Shown: positions 46,747-47,684 of the stretch, piece by piece
Position numbering within the stretch: the first letter of the stretch is position 1
Layout of the letters: every line of letters starts with the position of its first letter
DNA from: Candidatus Hodarchaeum mangrovi
GTDB taxonomy: Archaea; Asgardarchaeota; Heimdallarchaeia; Hodarchaeales; Hodarchaeaceae
DNA length: 47,684 nucleotides
Assembly (NCBI GenBank): GCA_016839515.1
Contig: JAEOUE010000163.1
Coordinates: 1-47,684, forward strand
Direction of reading: 5' to 3'
Notes under the pieces: model-generated
Database searches by the model: none
Told to the model about the DNA's origin: nothing
Seen by the model: the letters and a program-made list of their open reading frames with translations, nothing else
Position numbers and translations under genes: made by a program

Positions 46747-47684
46747 TTGAAAATTAATAAGTTTTATAATGATAATCGCGCTAATTTCCCAAGGACTGCA
46801 GCAGTAATTTTTGACGGAAGCTATTGGAATACTATTCGACGGGAATTAGGGATGCTTGAGGTCGATTTAACCCTATTAAGTGAAGCACTTTGCAGTCCTT
46901 CTTATCGCTTAAGATCTTATTACTTTGATGGAAAAGATAATCAAAGACAAAGCTTCCATGATGGATTACAGTTTCTACCACGTTTTGAAGTAATTCTTGG
47001 CGATGTAGTTGAACGACAATCGGAATGTCCTCATTGTCATAAAGAAATAGTCTCACGAGAGCAAAAGCGAGTAGATGTACAACTTGCAGTGCAAATGGTT
47101 CATCTTGCTACATCACGTCAAGTAGACATGATAGTTTTAGTAGCAGGAGATCGAGATTTTATTCCATCATTGGAGATAGCAAAATATGCTGGTGTTGTAG
47201 TAAGACTGGTTCATGGACCAAAAATCACCACATCAACTGACTTGAGATTTCATGCAGATGAAACCTTTGAATTAACACAAAATTATCTTTCAGAATTCAT
47301 TCGTTCTAATAAAAAGCAAAAAACTAAGAAATCATCTGTGAAAAAAATTACAAAAATTCCATCCGTCCAAGAAGAATCTATAACTAAAGAATTAAAGGTT
47401 GAAGCGAAAAATCTTCTTATTAGTGCCCTAAGTGAGCTACAGGAATCATCTGATGAAGATATATTAGCAAGTCAACTAGGAATTGTTCTTACCAAAATTA
47501 AACCAAAATGGAAGGATTATTTTAGGGTAAAAAAACTCATAAATTTTGTTCAGTTAACAAATGACAGTATTCTAGTTCCTAGATTTAAAGGTAAAGTTTT
47601 AATATTTAAACAAAAGATTGATATTCCCCCAGCAGCTAAAAAAATTGGAAAAAAAGAAAATTTGGGATCAGAATTCCTCATAAA
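46747..47684 (+). CDS. NYN-domain (LabA/DUF88, PIN-like) nuclease with OST-HTH/LOTUS-like domain, runs off the right edge
   Basis: Absent from the ORF track (truncated). Open frame from TTG 46747 (GAGGGA upstream) contains AVIFDGSY, YYFD, EQKRVDVQLA, LVAGDRDFIP, LRFHADE, then ILASQLGIVL...FRVKKLINFVQ. Confidence 0.9.
   Translation, partial: MKINKFYNDNRANFPRTAAVIFDGSYWNTIRRELGMLEVDLTLLSEALCSPSYRLRSYYFDGKDNQRQSFHDGLQFLPRFEVILGDVVERQSECPHCHKEIVSREQKRVDVQLAVQMVHLATSRQVDMIVLVAGDRDFIPSLEIAKYAGVVVRLVHGPKITTSTDLRFHADETFELTQNYLSEFIRSNKKQKTKKSSVKKITKIPSVQEESITKELKVEAKNLLISALSELQESSDEDILASQLGIVLTKIKPKWKDYFRVKKLINFVQLTNDSILVPRFKGKVLIFKQKIDIPPAAKKIGKKENLGSEFLI

Noticed and set aside
46832-47056. 74-aa minus-strand ORF
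   Set aside because: It is antisense to the NYN nuclease.
1-47684. CRISPR array, IS/transposase, integrase, provirus, rRNA
   Set aside because: I saw no regularly spaced repeats, no transposase, integrase or capsid motifs, no long GC-rich structural RNA, and no duplicated tRNA 3' end that would mark an att site.

Overview
AT-rich archaeal chromosomal segment (roughly 30% GC by eye), most consistent with an Asgard archaeon, probably Heimdallarchaeia/Hodarchaeales-like (inference). Archaeal core genes (FEN1, aCPSF1/FttA, Trm5, TrmI, Dph5, CTP-dependent RibK, RibL, G1PDH, translin, archaeal SHMT) sit alongside eukaryote-like proteins: a Rab-like GTPase, an Rpn11/CSN5-like MPN+ protein, a possible TRAP-beta-like protein and a 1860-aa solenoid scaffold. 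The window carries a dispersed glycine cleavage system (gcvPA, gcvPB, gcvT, gcvH) plus glyA, and three tRNAs: Leu-UAG, Val-UAC and Lys-CUU, the last with a 30-nt BHB-type intron at the unusual 48/49 position. The right end (about 37-47.7 kb) looks accessory: pepT, AIM24, a tight wHTH-ARPP-1 / tandem-wHTH / vWA operon with an inverted repeat around its TATA box, an MFS transporter, an orphan DNA methyltransferase and an NYN-LOTUS nuclease. The best candidates for undescribed systems are (i) the ARPP-1/wHTH/vWA operon, (ii) the giant repeat-solenoid-disordered-tail protein and (iii) a cluster of THUMP-less ThiI, a small Cys protein and an LbpA-like lipoyl carrier. All family calls come from motif recognition by eye; no searches were run.
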